A DNA stretch of 64,000 nucleotides from Chloroflexota bacterium (GTDB lineage: Bacteria; Chloroflexota; UBA11872), in the NCBI GenBank assembly GCA_965263075.1, contig CBDHGI010000006.1, positions 2,790,101 to 2,854,100 on the forward strand, written 5' to 3'. This document shows positions 21,667 through 30,965 of this stretch, one piece after another; the stretch's first letter is position 1; each line of letters starts with the position of its first letter. Both the position numbers and the translations under genes were made by a program. The notes beneath the pieces are model-generated. The model was given only the letters and a program-made list of their open reading frames with translations. It was not told the DNA's origin and ran no database searches.

Positions 21667-22896
21667 ATGCACGAGCCACCGGCTGAGCTTGAGGACTTTC
21701 GGGTTGTACCCGGCGGGACGCTGGCGCCCCGCGGGTTTATCGGCGGAGGCGTAGCCGCGGGGATCAAGACCCCGGGCGTGTTGGACCTGGGCGCGATTCT
21801 CAGCACGCACACACCCTGTCGATCGGCCGCGACGTTTACCACCAATCGGGTGCGCGGCACTTCGGTGGGCATCAACCAGGAGCGCCTGGGCAAGAAGCCG
21901 GCCCGCGGCATCGTATTCAACAGCGGAAACGCGAACACGTACACAGGTGCCGGCGGGCGTGCCGACGCGCTGGAATTCACTGACGCCTTCGCCGGCCGTT
22001 TCGGCGTGCCGGCGGATGAGGTCCTGGTGGCGTCCACCGGCGTGATCGGGTTTCGCCTGCCGATGCCCAAGGTGCTGGCGGGCGTGGAGTCGTTGGAGCT
22101 CACGGCAGAGGCCGGCGCGGACGTCGCGGCCGCCATGCTGACTACCGATGTCGCGCCGAAGACGCTGGCTATTGAGGTGCCCGTTTCGAGCGGAACGATC
22201 CGAATCGGCGGGGCGGCCAAGGGTGCGGGCATGGTGCACCCGAACATGGCGACGATGTTCGTGTTCATGACGACCGACGCCGAACTGGAGGGCGGGACTC
22301 TCCAGCGCCTGCTGAGCGCGGCCGTTGCCGACTCCTTCAATCTGATCAGCATTGACGGCGACCAGTCCACGAGCGACACGGCGCTACTGCTGGCCAATAG
22401 TGCCAGCGAGACGGGTCTGCTCCAGGAGGGGACGGCCGACGCGACGGCCTTTACGCGTGGCCTGCGCGCTGTGTGCCGGTGGCTGTCCCGGGAGATCGTG
22501 CGCGGGGGCGAAGGCGTGACCAAGGTCTTTGCCGTGACCGTGCGAGAGGCGTCCGACGAAGCCACGGCTCGTCAGGCGGCGCGAGCGATCACGACATCTT
22601 CGCTGGTGAAGACGGCGGTGCACGGCGGCGACCCGAACTGGGGCCGGATCGTGATGGCCCTGGGCAACAGCGGAGCAGTCTTCGACCCTGACGTACTCGA
22701 TATCTGGATCGGGGGCACGCAGGTTGTGCGCCAGGGCGCGCCGGCGGTTTACGACGAGCCAACCGTTGCCGAGCACCTGCGTCATCCGGACGTGACGATC
22801 GAGGTGGCGCTGAACCAGGGCGAGGCCAGCGCGACGGCCTGGGGCGGGGACCTTTCGGCCGAGTACGTGGCGATCAACGCGGAGTACATGACCTGA
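21667..22896 (+). CDS. argJ: Bifunctional glutamate N-acetyltransferase / amino-acid acetyltransferase
   Basis: 409 aa. Autoproteolytic ATM(L/F) threonine site (GMVHPNMATMFVFMTTDA). Confidence 0.95.
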   Translation: MHEPPAELEDFRVVPGGTLAPRGFIGGGVAAGIKTPGVLDLGAILSTHTPCRSAATFTTNRVRGTSVGINQERLGKKPARGIVFNSGNANTYTGAGGRADALEFTDAFAGRFGVPADEVLVASTGVIGFRLPMPKVLAGVESLELTAEAGADVAAAMLTTDVAPKTLAIEVPVSSGTIRIGGAAKGAGMVHPNMATMFVFMTTDAELEGGTLQRLLSAAVADSFNLISIDGDQSTSDTALLLANSASETGLLQEGTADATAFTRGLRAVCRWLSREIVRGGEGVTKVFAVTVREASDEATARQAARAITTSSLVKTAVHGGDPNWGRIVMALGNSGAVFDPDVLDIWIGGTQVVRQGAPAVYDEPTVAEHLRHPDVTIEVALNQGEASATAWGGDLSAEYVAINAEYMT

Positions 22897-22955
22897 GCGA
22901 GGCGAACCCAGCGTCAGGCGAAGCCACGGCCGCGCCGAACCTGTCGGGCCGCTAC

Positions 22956-23723
22956 GTGGTGGTGAAGATTGGCGGGACGGCCGACATGGCCGCCGGACGA
23001 ATTGGGGCCGACGTGTGCGCGCTGGTCGAGGACGGCGCCCGCGTGGTGATTGCCCACGGTGGCGGCGACGAACTGACGGCCTGGCAGCGCGCACGGAATC
23101 GTCAGACGACGTGGCACAACGGCCTGCGCGTGACCGACGACCAGACGCGCGACGACGCCGTGCTGGTATTCCGAGGACTGGTGGCGCCGGCCGTCGTGGG
23201 AGCACTGCAGCAGGCTGGAGTTTCGGCGGTGGGCATTAGTGGGCCGGATGGCGGTGTTGTGCGTGTCCGCCGTGCGTCGCCGGATCTGGGTTGGGTAGGA
23301 CGAGTGCATACGGTGAACACGCGTCTGCTGGACGACCTGACCAGGGCGGGGCACGTGCCGATCGTTTCGCCGCTGGGCGTCGATGGGCGTGGGTCGCTGT
23401 ACAACGTGAACGGTGACGACATCGCGGGGGCGCTGGCTCAGGCGACACAGGCCGCGGCCCTGGTGTTCCTGACTGACGTGGACGGCGTGCGGGACGCTGA
23501 CGGCGCGGTGCTGGCGCATCTGGACCCGGACAGCGCTCGGGGCTTGATCGGAAGCGGAGTAATCGCGGGCGGGATGGTTCCCAAGGTTCGGGCCGCGGTG
23601 GCGCTGCTGGGCAACGTGGACACGGTCTGCATCGCCAGCGGCACGCGGCGGCATGCGCTACGGCGCGCCCTGGATCCGGCCGGCGGAGGTACGCAGGTCA
23701 GGGGCGAAGCCACCTCCCTATAA
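22956..23723 (+). CDS. argB: Acetylglutamate kinase
   Basis: GTG start (VVKIGG). AAK family motifs VIAHGGG and ...FLTDVDGV. Confidence 0.88.
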   Translation: MVVKIGGTADMAAGRIGADVCALVEDGARVVIAHGGGDELTAWQRARNRQTTWHNGLRVTDDQTRDDAVLVFRGLVAPAVVGALQQAGVSAVGISGPDGGVVRVRRASPDLGWVGRVHTVNTRLLDDLTRAGHVPIVSPLGVDGRGSLYNVNGDDIAGALAQATQAAALVFLTDVDGVRDADGAVLAHLDPDSARGLIGSGVIAGGMVPKVRAAVALLGNVDTVCIASGTRRHALRRALDPAGGGTQVRGEATSL

Positions 23724-23775
23724 TCCTGGTTGGAACGGTGACTGCCGTTCGACCCCTCCCGAGGCTGATCCACGC

Positions 23776-24954
23776 ATGGGCTGGCAGGAGCTAGAGGCGC
23801 GCTACTACCACCAGGCGTTCCGTCGCTTTCCCGTAACGGTGGTGCGCGGCGAGGGTTCGCGCCTGTGGGACGACGAGGGTAATTCGTACCTGGACTTCAC
23901 CGCGGGCATTGCCGTCACCACGTTGGGGCACGGCGATCCTGAACTATGCGAGGCCGTGGCGGACCAGGTGCGCACCCTGGCGCATATCTCAAACCTCTTC
24001 TACACGACGCCGCAGATCGAGGTCGCGCAGCGCCTGGTGGACAACTCGGCGCTGGATCGGGTCTTTTTCGTCAACAGCGGCGCCGAGGCCAGCGAGACCT
24101 GCCTGAAGATCGCCCGAAAATGGGGACGGACGCAGCGCAACGGCGCGTACGAGGTCATTACCGCCGAACACGGGTTTCACGGCCGCACGATTGCCACGAC
24201 GGCGGCTACCGGTACGCCGGCCTACCAGGAACCGTTTGCACCCATGCCGGCCGGGTTTACGCACGTCCCGCTGAACGACCTGGACGCGATGGACGACTCG
24301 ATCTCGCCAACAACCGCCGCCGTGATGGTGGAACTGGTCCAGGGCGAAAGCGGCGTGCGCATGGCGGACCCGGACTACGTTCGCGGTCTGCGGCGCGTTT
24401 GCGACGAGCACGGCGTGCTGCTGATCTTTGACGAAGTCCAAACGGGTATCGGGCGCACCGGCCGCCTCTTTGGCTACGAGAACTTTGGCGTCACGCCGGA
24501 CCTGATAGGGCTGGCGAAGGGCCTGGGCGGTGGGCTGCCGATCGGGGCGGTGCTGAGCAGCGAGGCCGTGAGTGTGCTGGCGCCGGGCGAGCACGGGTCC
24601 ACATTTGGCGGCAGTCCGGTGGCGTGCGCCGCGGCCCGCGTGGTGCTGGACCGCGTCATGGCCCCTGGGTTTCTGGACGACGTTCAGGCGAAGGGCGAGC
24701 ACGTGCGGACGCGTCTGCGGGACAGCGCTGCGCAGGGCGCCCGCATCACCGACGTGCGGGGGCTGGGGCTGATGATCGGGTTCGATCTCGAGTCCGAGGA
24801 CGCGGCGACGGCGGTCGTGGAGAACGCGCGAGGTCACGGGCTGCTGATCATCAAGGCCGGACCGGCCACGATCCGCATCGTGCCGCCGCTGACAATCAGC
24901 CTGGACGAACTGGACGAAGGCCTGGATGCGCTCGAGGCCGCGCGGGGCGTTTGA
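23776..24954 (+). CDS. argD: Acetylornithine aminotransferase
   Basis: Start MGWQELEARYY (ATG 23776). Class III aminotransferase with the PLP lysine region (LIFDEVQTGIGRTG). Confidence 0.9.
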   Translation: MGWQELEARYYHQAFRRFPVTVVRGEGSRLWDDEGNSYLDFTAGIAVTTLGHGDPELCEAVADQVRTLAHISNLFYTTPQIEVAQRLVDNSALDRVFFVNSGAEASETCLKIARKWGRTQRNGAYEVITAEHGFHGRTIATTAATGTPAYQEPFAPMPAGFTHVPLNDLDAMDDSISPTTAAVMVELVQGESGVRMADPDYVRGLRRVCDEHGVLLIFDEVQTGIGRTGRLFGYENFGVTPDLIGLAKGLGGGLPIGAVLSSEAVSVLAPGEHGSTFGGSPVACAAARVVLDRVMAPGFLDDVQAKGEHVRTRLRDSAAQGARITDVRGLGLMIGFDLESEDAATAVVENARGHGLLIIKAGPATIRIVPPLTISLDELDEGLDALEAARGV

Positions 24955-24994
24955 CGGCGTTTCCGCGCTCCGGCTACAGAAGTAACCCGCGCTG

Positions 24995-26446
24995 ATGTGG
25001 GGTGGACGGTTCGACAAACCGCCGGCGGAAAGCGCCCGCTCTTTTACGCGCTCGTACCCCGTCGACCGTCGGATGTACCGCGAGGACATTGTGGCCAGCC
25101 GCGCGCACGCCGCGATGCTGGGCCGCCAGCAGATCATTCCGGCCAGCAGCACCGATGCTCTGACGGCGACGCTCGATGCGCTGCTGGTCGAGCTCCAGAC
25201 AGCGGGCGGCCCCCCGCCGGACGCGGACGATGAGGATGTGCACAGCTACGTTGAACGGGAGCTGATCGCGCGTATCGGCGACGATGGCCGCCGGCTGCAC
25301 GTGGCGCGCAGTCGCAACGACCAGGTCGCCACGGATTTCCGTCTCTACTGCAAGGGCTTTAGCTTGCGCCTTGTGACGGCAGTTCTGGACCTGCTGGGCG
25401 TTCTGGTGCACCGGGCCGGAGAGGAAGCTGAGACCATCGCGCCGGGGTTCACCCACCTCCAGGTCGCGCAACCGGTCACGCTGGGGCACTACTTCCTGGC
25501 GCTGTTTGAGATGCACAGGCGCGACGTCGAAGGAATCTTGCACGCGTACACCGTGGCGGACGTGTGTCCACTGGGCGCCGGGGCGCTGGCCGGCGTGGCA
25601 TTCGACGTGGATCGTGAGTACGTGGCCGCGGAACTCTGTTTCAGTCAGGTCGCGCGCAACAGTCTGGACGCCGTGTCGGACCGGGACTTTGTGAGCGCCG
25701 TGCTGCATGCCTGCCTGACGCTGAACGGGCATCTATCGCGGTGGGCGGAAGACCTGGTGGTCTGGGCGTCGCCCGGTTTCGGAATGGTGCGATTCGACGA
25801 CGCATTCGCGACCGGCAGCAGCATGCTGCCCCAGAAGCTGAACCCGGACGTGGCGGAACTGACGCGCGCGAAGGCTGGGGCGGTTGCGGGCGCGGCCTTC
25901 GGCTGGCACGCGACGCTGAAAGGGGTGCCCCTGAGCTACGCGCTGGACATGCAGGAGGACAAGCGCGCGGTCTTCAGGGTCGAGGACGACGTGCTTGGGG
26001 CGCTGGGGGCGCTGACCGGCGCGCTGCGCACCTTGACCGTGAACCGCGAGCGTATGGCGGCCATCGCACGTCTGGGGCATCCGGCGGCAATTGAAATCGC
26101 CGACTACCTGACGGAACGCGGGCTGCCGTTTCGCGACGCCCATGCGGCCGCGGGGCGACTGGTGCGGCTGGCCGACTCCAAAGGTGTGGAGCTGGCTGAC
26201 CTGGATGACGCGGACTTTGCGTCAGCCAGTGAGCGGCTACCGGGCGACGTGCGGGGCCGGCTGAACCTCGAGGAGGTCGTCGCGCGCCGTACGTCACTCG
26301 GGGGAACGGCGCCGGCGCGAGTGCTCGAGGAGGTGGGGCGCGCGCACCGCTGGCTGCGGTGGCAGCGTGAGCACGTGCAGGACCTGGTTGCCCGGGGGCT
26401 TCCAGCAGCCTTGCAGCCGGAGCGTAGTCCTCCGGCGGATCACTGA
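24995..26446 (+). CDS. argH: Argininosuccinate lyase
   Basis: 483 aa. MWGGRF... N-terminus and fumarate lyase signature (GSSMLPQKLNPD). Confidence 0.95.
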   Translation: MWGGRFDKPPAESARSFTRSYPVDRRMYREDIVASRAHAAMLGRQQIIPASSTDALTATLDALLVELQTAGGPPPDADDEDVHSYVERELIARIGDDGRRLHVARSRNDQVATDFRLYCKGFSLRLVTAVLDLLGVLVHRAGEEAETIAPGFTHLQVAQPVTLGHYFLALFEMHRRDVEGILHAYTVADVCPLGAGALAGVAFDVDREYVAAELCFSQVARNSLDAVSDRDFVSAVLHACLTLNGHLSRWAEDLVVWASPGFGMVRFDDAFATGSSMLPQKLNPDVAELTRAKAGAVAGAAFGWHATLKGVPLSYALDMQEDKRAVFRVEDDVLGALGALTGALRTLTVNRERMAAIARLGHPAAIEIADYLTERGLPFRDAHAAAGRLVRLADSKGVELADLDDADFASASERLPGDVRGRLNLEEVVARRTSLGGTAPARVLEEVGRAHRWLRWQREHVQDLVARGLPAALQPERSPPADH

Positions 26447-26518
26447 TGTACTGGCGACGCCGTGTGGCCAGTGAGTGCGCCACGGAGGCCGAGGCCCTAG
26501 GAATGGCGACCTACGACC

Positions 26519-27304
26519 GTGGCTAGTCCGTCCGAAACGCCGGTACAGCTCTCGATCGTCATCCCGGCATTCGACGAAGAGGACCGTCTAGGCGCCACTC
26601 TGCGTGCGGTTCATGAATGGGCGGTGGGGCGCCGCGGTCGGGTTGAAGTTGTGGTTGTGGACGACGGGTCGCGGGACGGCACCCTTGCCGTGGCCCAGGC
26701 CTGGGCAGACGAGCGGCCCGGGACAGGCGAGGTTGTCCCGGTCGTACTAGCCGAGCCCCACCGCGGCAAGGGGGCGGCGGTGGCGCGCGGCTTGCTGGAA
26801 GCGCGCGGGGCCGTGCGGATGTTCATGGACGCGGACCTGGCGGTCCCGCTGGTATTTGTCGAGCGGCTGGTGGAGGAAGTTCGACGCGGCGCCGATGTCG
26901 TTATTGGTTCGCGGGAACTCGATCAGTCCCACCGCCACGATGAGCCCTGGCGGCGCCATGCGCTAGGTCGCGTATTCAATCGGCTTGTTGGATGGATCGG
27001 CGTCAGCGGATATAGCGATACCCAATGCGGCTTCAAAGGGTTTTCGGCGGATGCAGCCGAGGACATTTTCAATCGAGTTCGTCTCTATCCAGCCGACGGA
27101 GACGTTCTTGAGCGCGAGCGAGTCACCGCCTTCGACGTGGAGCTGCTGGCTATTGCCGGCCGTCGCGGCTGGCAGACCGTGGAGATTCCAATTGAGTGGC
27201 GGCACGTGCCTATGAGCAAGGTTCGGCCGCTGTCCGATGCTGTCCTGATGCTGCTTGATGTATTGCGAGTGCGCTGGCATTTGCTGCGTGGGGCGTACGA
27301 CTGA
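26519..27304 (+). CDS. Glycosyltransferase family 2 (dolichyl-phosphate hexosyltransferase-like)
   Basis: 261 aa. SIVIPAFDEEDRL...VVVVDDGSRDGT...MDADL, a GT2 (GT-A fold) pattern. Confidence 0.8.
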   Translation: MASPSETPVQLSIVIPAFDEEDRLGATLRAVHEWAVGRRGRVEVVVVDDGSRDGTLAVAQAWADERPGTGEVVPVVLAEPHRGKGAAVARGLLEARGAVRMFMDADLAVPLVFVERLVEEVRRGADVVIGSRELDQSHRHDEPWRRHALGRVFNRLVGWIGVSGYSDTQCGFKGFSADAAEDIFNRVRLYPADGDVLERERVTAFDVELLAIAGRRGWQTVEIPIEWRHVPMSKVRPLSDAVLMLLDVLRVRWHLLRGAYD

Positions 27305-27405
27305 CTTGGGTGCAGCGTCCGCTCGGCGGCAGGGGCTTGGATTCGCGTGACGTCGGTTTCCCCCAAGAAGTGGCAGCCAGCTTTGGATGAACTGACGGTG
27401 TCGGA

Positions 27406-28980
27406 TTGAAGGAAAAGCGCATTGTTCTATTCGATGGCTGGCTGGCCACGCTGGGCGGGGGTGAGCGCCAGGTCTTGAGTGCGGCGAGCGCCCTGCGTGA
27501 ACTGGGTGCGGTGAGTGTGGTCTCGCATCGTCCCCTGCCTCGATCGGCAGTGGTGGATTGGGCCGGAATGGACCTGGACGGCGTGAGCTTTCGTTTTGTG
27601 CCCGAACGCCCGCAGCTGACCGGACGCGACATCGCCGGCGACGCGGACCTGTTTGTCAATGGCACCCATCTCAGCCTGGTTGACGGCAGAGGCTTGCCGT
27701 CGATCAGGTTTGTTTACTTTTCGGCGCAGCCGAGCAGCTTGGCATGGCGCATGATCGGGCGCGCACTGCGAAGGCTCGGCGCAAGATTGGGCGCGGCCCA
27801 CGAGCGGTCAGGCTGGTTTGGAACCGAGGCCCACCAGGGTGCCCTCTACCGCCAGTCCGATGGCGACGGGCGGATCGGCGTCAGTGACGGTACCCGCGTC
27901 CGGTTCTGGCTCAGTGCCATGAGTCACGAGGACCGGACGTACACGATCCATACGAGCGCAGGCGATGAAGTGGCCCAGGGCCAGGCGGGAGCGAAAGGCG
28001 ACTTTGCGCCGGGTCCCTGGGTGCACGTACCTCCCGGATGCCGAGAACTCTTGGTCCATTCAGCAGCGTCCGGTGGGACGAACCGTTGGGAGGCCCGGCA
28101 ACTGGGTCTGGCGCTGGGGTCAATCGAGGAGCGCGGAGCGTTGTCACGGGATCTATTCCAGCGAGTGACGCGACGGCTGATTCCCAAGTTGGCCTACTGT
28201 GCTGGCGACGACCATGCCGCGCGATATGCCGACGCGCTGCGGTCGTACGACGTGGTGACGCCCAACTCGCATTACACCGCGTCCTGGCTCGAGCGTCGCT
28301 GGGGTGTTACGGGACCGGTCATTGAGCCACCGGTGGTTGCCGACCCGCGGAGCTGCGTCAGGCGGCAGCCGCTGATTGTGTCGATCGGGCGTTTCTTTGT
28401 CGGCGGCCACAACAAGAAGCACCTGGCCATGGTGCGCACCTTTCGCACGCTGTGCGATCGTGGGCTGGTCGGTTGGCGTCTGGCGCTGGTGGGCGGCGTT
28501 GGCCAGCGCCCGGTGGATGTGGCCTATCTGCGCAGGGTGGAGCACGAGGCCAGCGGTCTGCCGATTGACGTGTATCCGAACGCCGACGAGGCGACCGTGC
28601 GCGAATTGCGGGCGCACGCCGCCATTGCCTGGCACGCGGCGGGATTCGGAGAATCGGAACGCCGCAGTCCGGAGCGGTACGAGCACTTCGGCATGGCGGT
28701 TGCGGAACTGATGATGGCCGGGGCCGTGCCCGTGGTCTTTGACGGCGGGGGACTGCGGGAAGTCGTGGAGCCCGGACGCAGCGGATATCGCTGGCGCACG
28801 TTGGACGAGTTTGCGGACTTCACCCTGGCGCTGGCCCGGAATGGACGCCGCCGCGCGGAGATGGGCGAGGCCGCACGACGGCGCGCGGTGCGCTGGTCAT
28901 TGGCCAGCTACCAGCGGCGGATCGTGACGCTGGCCCGCGAGGTCATGGAGGCCCGCGAAAGCCGCACCGAGTCCGACTAG
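27406..28980 (+). CDS. Glycosyltransferase family 4 (GT-B fold) with an extended N-terminal domain
   Basis: 524 aa. C-terminal EX7E-type motif (EHFGMAVAELMMAGAVPVV), typical of retaining GT4 enzymes. Confidence 0.7.
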   Translation: MKEKRIVLFDGWLATLGGGERQVLSAASALRELGAVSVVSHRPLPRSAVVDWAGMDLDGVSFRFVPERPQLTGRDIAGDADLFVNGTHLSLVDGRGLPSIRFVYFSAQPSSLAWRMIGRALRRLGARLGAAHERSGWFGTEAHQGALYRQSDGDGRIGVSDGTRVRFWLSAMSHEDRTYTIHTSAGDEVAQGQAGAKGDFAPGPWVHVPPGCRELLVHSAASGGTNRWEARQLGLALGSIEERGALSRDLFQRVTRRLIPKLAYCAGDDHAARYADALRSYDVVTPNSHYTASWLERRWGVTGPVIEPPVVADPRSCVRRQPLIVSIGRFFVGGHNKKHLAMVRTFRTLCDRGLVGWRLALVGGVGQRPVDVAYLRRVEHEASGLPIDVYPNADEATVRELRAHAAIAWHAAGFGESERRSPERYEHFGMAVAELMMAGAVPVVFDGGGLREVVEPGRSGYRWRTLDEFADFTLALARNGRRRAEMGEAARRRAVRWSLASYQRRIVTLAREVMEARESRTESD

Positions 28981-29086
28981 CGCCTGCCGGCCTCAGAGCG
29001 ACCGAGACGCGGGGCGGCAATCCCCCCAGACGAGGGGCTGCGATTGCTAGCATCGGAGGTTCGCGCTTCAGAAATGTTGGTTCGGC

Positions 29087-30319
29087 GTGGCATTACTCGT
29101 TCAAAAGTTCGGTGGCTCGTCGCTCGCAACCAGCGAGCGGATTCGTGTGGTGGCCGAGCGGATTCATGACTCACTGACGCATGGCGATCGCATCGCCGTG
29201 GTCGTGTCTGCCATGGGCGACACGACCGACGACCTGATCGCAGCAGCGCAGCGCCTGACTTCGCGACCGCGCTCTCGCGAATTGGACTTTCTGCTGTCGA
29301 CGGGCGAGCTGGTATCCGCGGGCCTGATGTCCATGGCGCTGCATGAACTGGGACGCGACGCGCTGGCGCTCTCGGGGCCGCAGGCCGGCATCCGGACGAA
29401 CGGGCGATACGGCCGCGCCCGCATCACCGAGATCGAGCCGACGCGGATCCGAGCAGAGCTGGCGGCGGGGCGCGTGCCAGTGATGGCGGGATTTCAGGGT
29501 CTCGGGCCGTTGGGGGACATCGTCACCCTTGCACGAGGAACGTCGGACACCTCCGCGGTGGCGCTGGCGGTGGCCTTGGGCGTCGACCGGTGCGAGATTT
29601 ACACGGACGTCGACGGCATTTTCACCGCCGATCCGCGAATTGTGCCGGACGCGCGCAAGCTGGATATGGTGATCTACGACGAGATGTTGGAGATGGCAAA
29701 GCTCGGCGCGCGCGTCATGCATCCGCGCGCGGTCGAGATTGCCGAACACTTCGGCATGCCGGTGGTGGTACGTTCGAGTTTCAGCGATGCACCAGGGACG
29801 GAAATTGTGGCTGAATCAGAAATTCCAATCGAGACGATGCAACGTGTGCGAGCGGTTGCGCACGATACCGACGTGGCGCGGGTCACGATACGCGGCGTCA
29901 GTGACCGGCCCGGGCTGGCGCATGCTCTGTTCCAGCCGCTGGCAGACCGCCACATCAACATTGACGTGATCGTCCAGAATGTCTCGGACGGTGGCGTGAC
30001 GGATCTTTCCTTCACTGTCGCGGAGACAGATCTGGACTCGACACTGGATCTCATTCGCCCGGTAGCGGCAGAGATCGGCGCCCGCGACGTGGCGGCGTCG
30101 ACCGAGCTGGGGAAAGTGAGCATCGTGGGTGTGGGCATCCAGAGCACACCGGGAGTCGCGGCCCGGATGTTCGGGGCGTTGGCAGCAGCCGGGATCAACA
30201 TCGTCAGCATCACGACCAGCGAGATCCGGCTGACGTGCCTGGTCGACAAATCGGAGGTGGCGCGGGCGACGGGGTTGTTGCACGACGAATTCGATCTCAG
30301 CGCTCCGGACCCGTCGTGA
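29087..30319 (+). CDS. lysC: Aspartate kinase
   Basis: GTG start. LVQKFGGSS...VVSAMGDTTD kinase domain plus two C-terminal ACT domains. Confidence 0.9.
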   Translation: MALLVQKFGGSSLATSERIRVVAERIHDSLTHGDRIAVVVSAMGDTTDDLIAAAQRLTSRPRSRELDFLLSTGELVSAGLMSMALHELGRDALALSGPQAGIRTNGRYGRARITEIEPTRIRAELAAGRVPVMAGFQGLGPLGDIVTLARGTSDTSAVALAVALGVDRCEIYTDVDGIFTADPRIVPDARKLDMVIYDEMLEMAKLGARVMHPRAVEIAEHFGMPVVVRSSFSDAPGTEIVAESEIPIETMQRVRAVAHDTDVARVTIRGVSDRPGLAHALFQPLADRHINIDVIVQNVSDGGVTDLSFTVAETDLDSTLDLIRPVAAEIGARDVAASTELGKVSIVGVGIQSTPGVAARMFGALAAAGINIVSITTSEIRLTCLVDKSEVARATGLLHDEFDLSAPDPS

Positions 30320-30414
30320 ATGCGGGCAGCCGTTGCGAGTACGGCCGCTGGTACCATGATTGTGCGCGCCAAACCTGTTAGTAGGTCGTCTGGAGCGCGA
30401 GAGGCGATAGCTAC

Positions 30415-30921
30415 ATGATCGAAATGATCGTGGATAGCGTGCGCGTCAATCTCATCAGCCCCAGCCGTGTGGTGGTGCTGAAGGAGCGAGACGGACCGCG
30501 CTATCTCGCTATCGTGATCGGTCAGGGCGAAGCCGACGCCATTGCGGTCAAGCTACAGGATCACGAGGTTCCGCGGCCGCTGACTCATGACTTGCTGAAA
30601 CAGTTGATCGAGACTGTCCAAGGATCCGTTGAGCGAGTGGTCGTGACCAACCTGGTGGAGACCACCTTCTTCGCGACTATCGTGCTGGACGTGAACGGCA
30701 GCCGCTGCGAACTTGACTCGCGGCCGAGCGACGCCATTGCGCTGGCCGTGCGTTCAAACGCGCCGATTCTGGTTGAGCCATCAGTGCTGAATGAAGCCGG
30801 GTTTGAGCCGGACGTCAGCGACGAAGAGTCTGGCGAGGGCGAGCCGGTGGCGGAAGAAAAGCTTGAAGTTTTCCGCGAGTTCATCAACCAATTGGATCTG
30901 GACGACCTCGAAAAGTCGTAG
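30415..30921 (+). CDS. Bifunctional nuclease family protein (BFN/DUF151)
   Basis: 168 aa. The RYLAIVIGQGEADAI...THDLL core resembles the DUF151 bifunctional nuclease domain, and the protein has an acidic C-terminal tail. Confidence 0.65.
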   Translation: MIEMIVDSVRVNLISPSRVVVLKERDGPRYLAIVIGQGEADAIAVKLQDHEVPRPLTHDLLKQLIETVQGSVERVVVTNLVETTFFATIVLDVNGSRCELDSRPSDAIALAVRSNAPILVEPSVLNEAGFEPDVSDEESGEGEPVAEEKLEVFREFINQLDLDDLEKS

Positions 30922-30965
30922 GCGGACCACCTCAACGGATCGGCCGCGGCCCGATACTGAACCGG

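Noticed and set aside
21632-21679. Upstream extension of the transposase ORF (MARASRRPLQNPGVRR...)
   Set aside because: It would run past the IS terminal inverted repeat and across the argJ start. The internal Met (MVKTISP...) inside the element is the plausible start.
20486-21754. 422-aa plus-strand ORF spanning the IS element and running into argJ
   Set aside because: It is antisense to the transposase and has Arg/Pro-rich composition. It crosses the IS boundary and the argJ start in a different frame.
28981-29086. Possible lysine riboswitch upstream of lysC
   Set aside because: The intergenic region is only about 105 nt. I cannot see the conserved lysine-box helices, so it is too short for this element.
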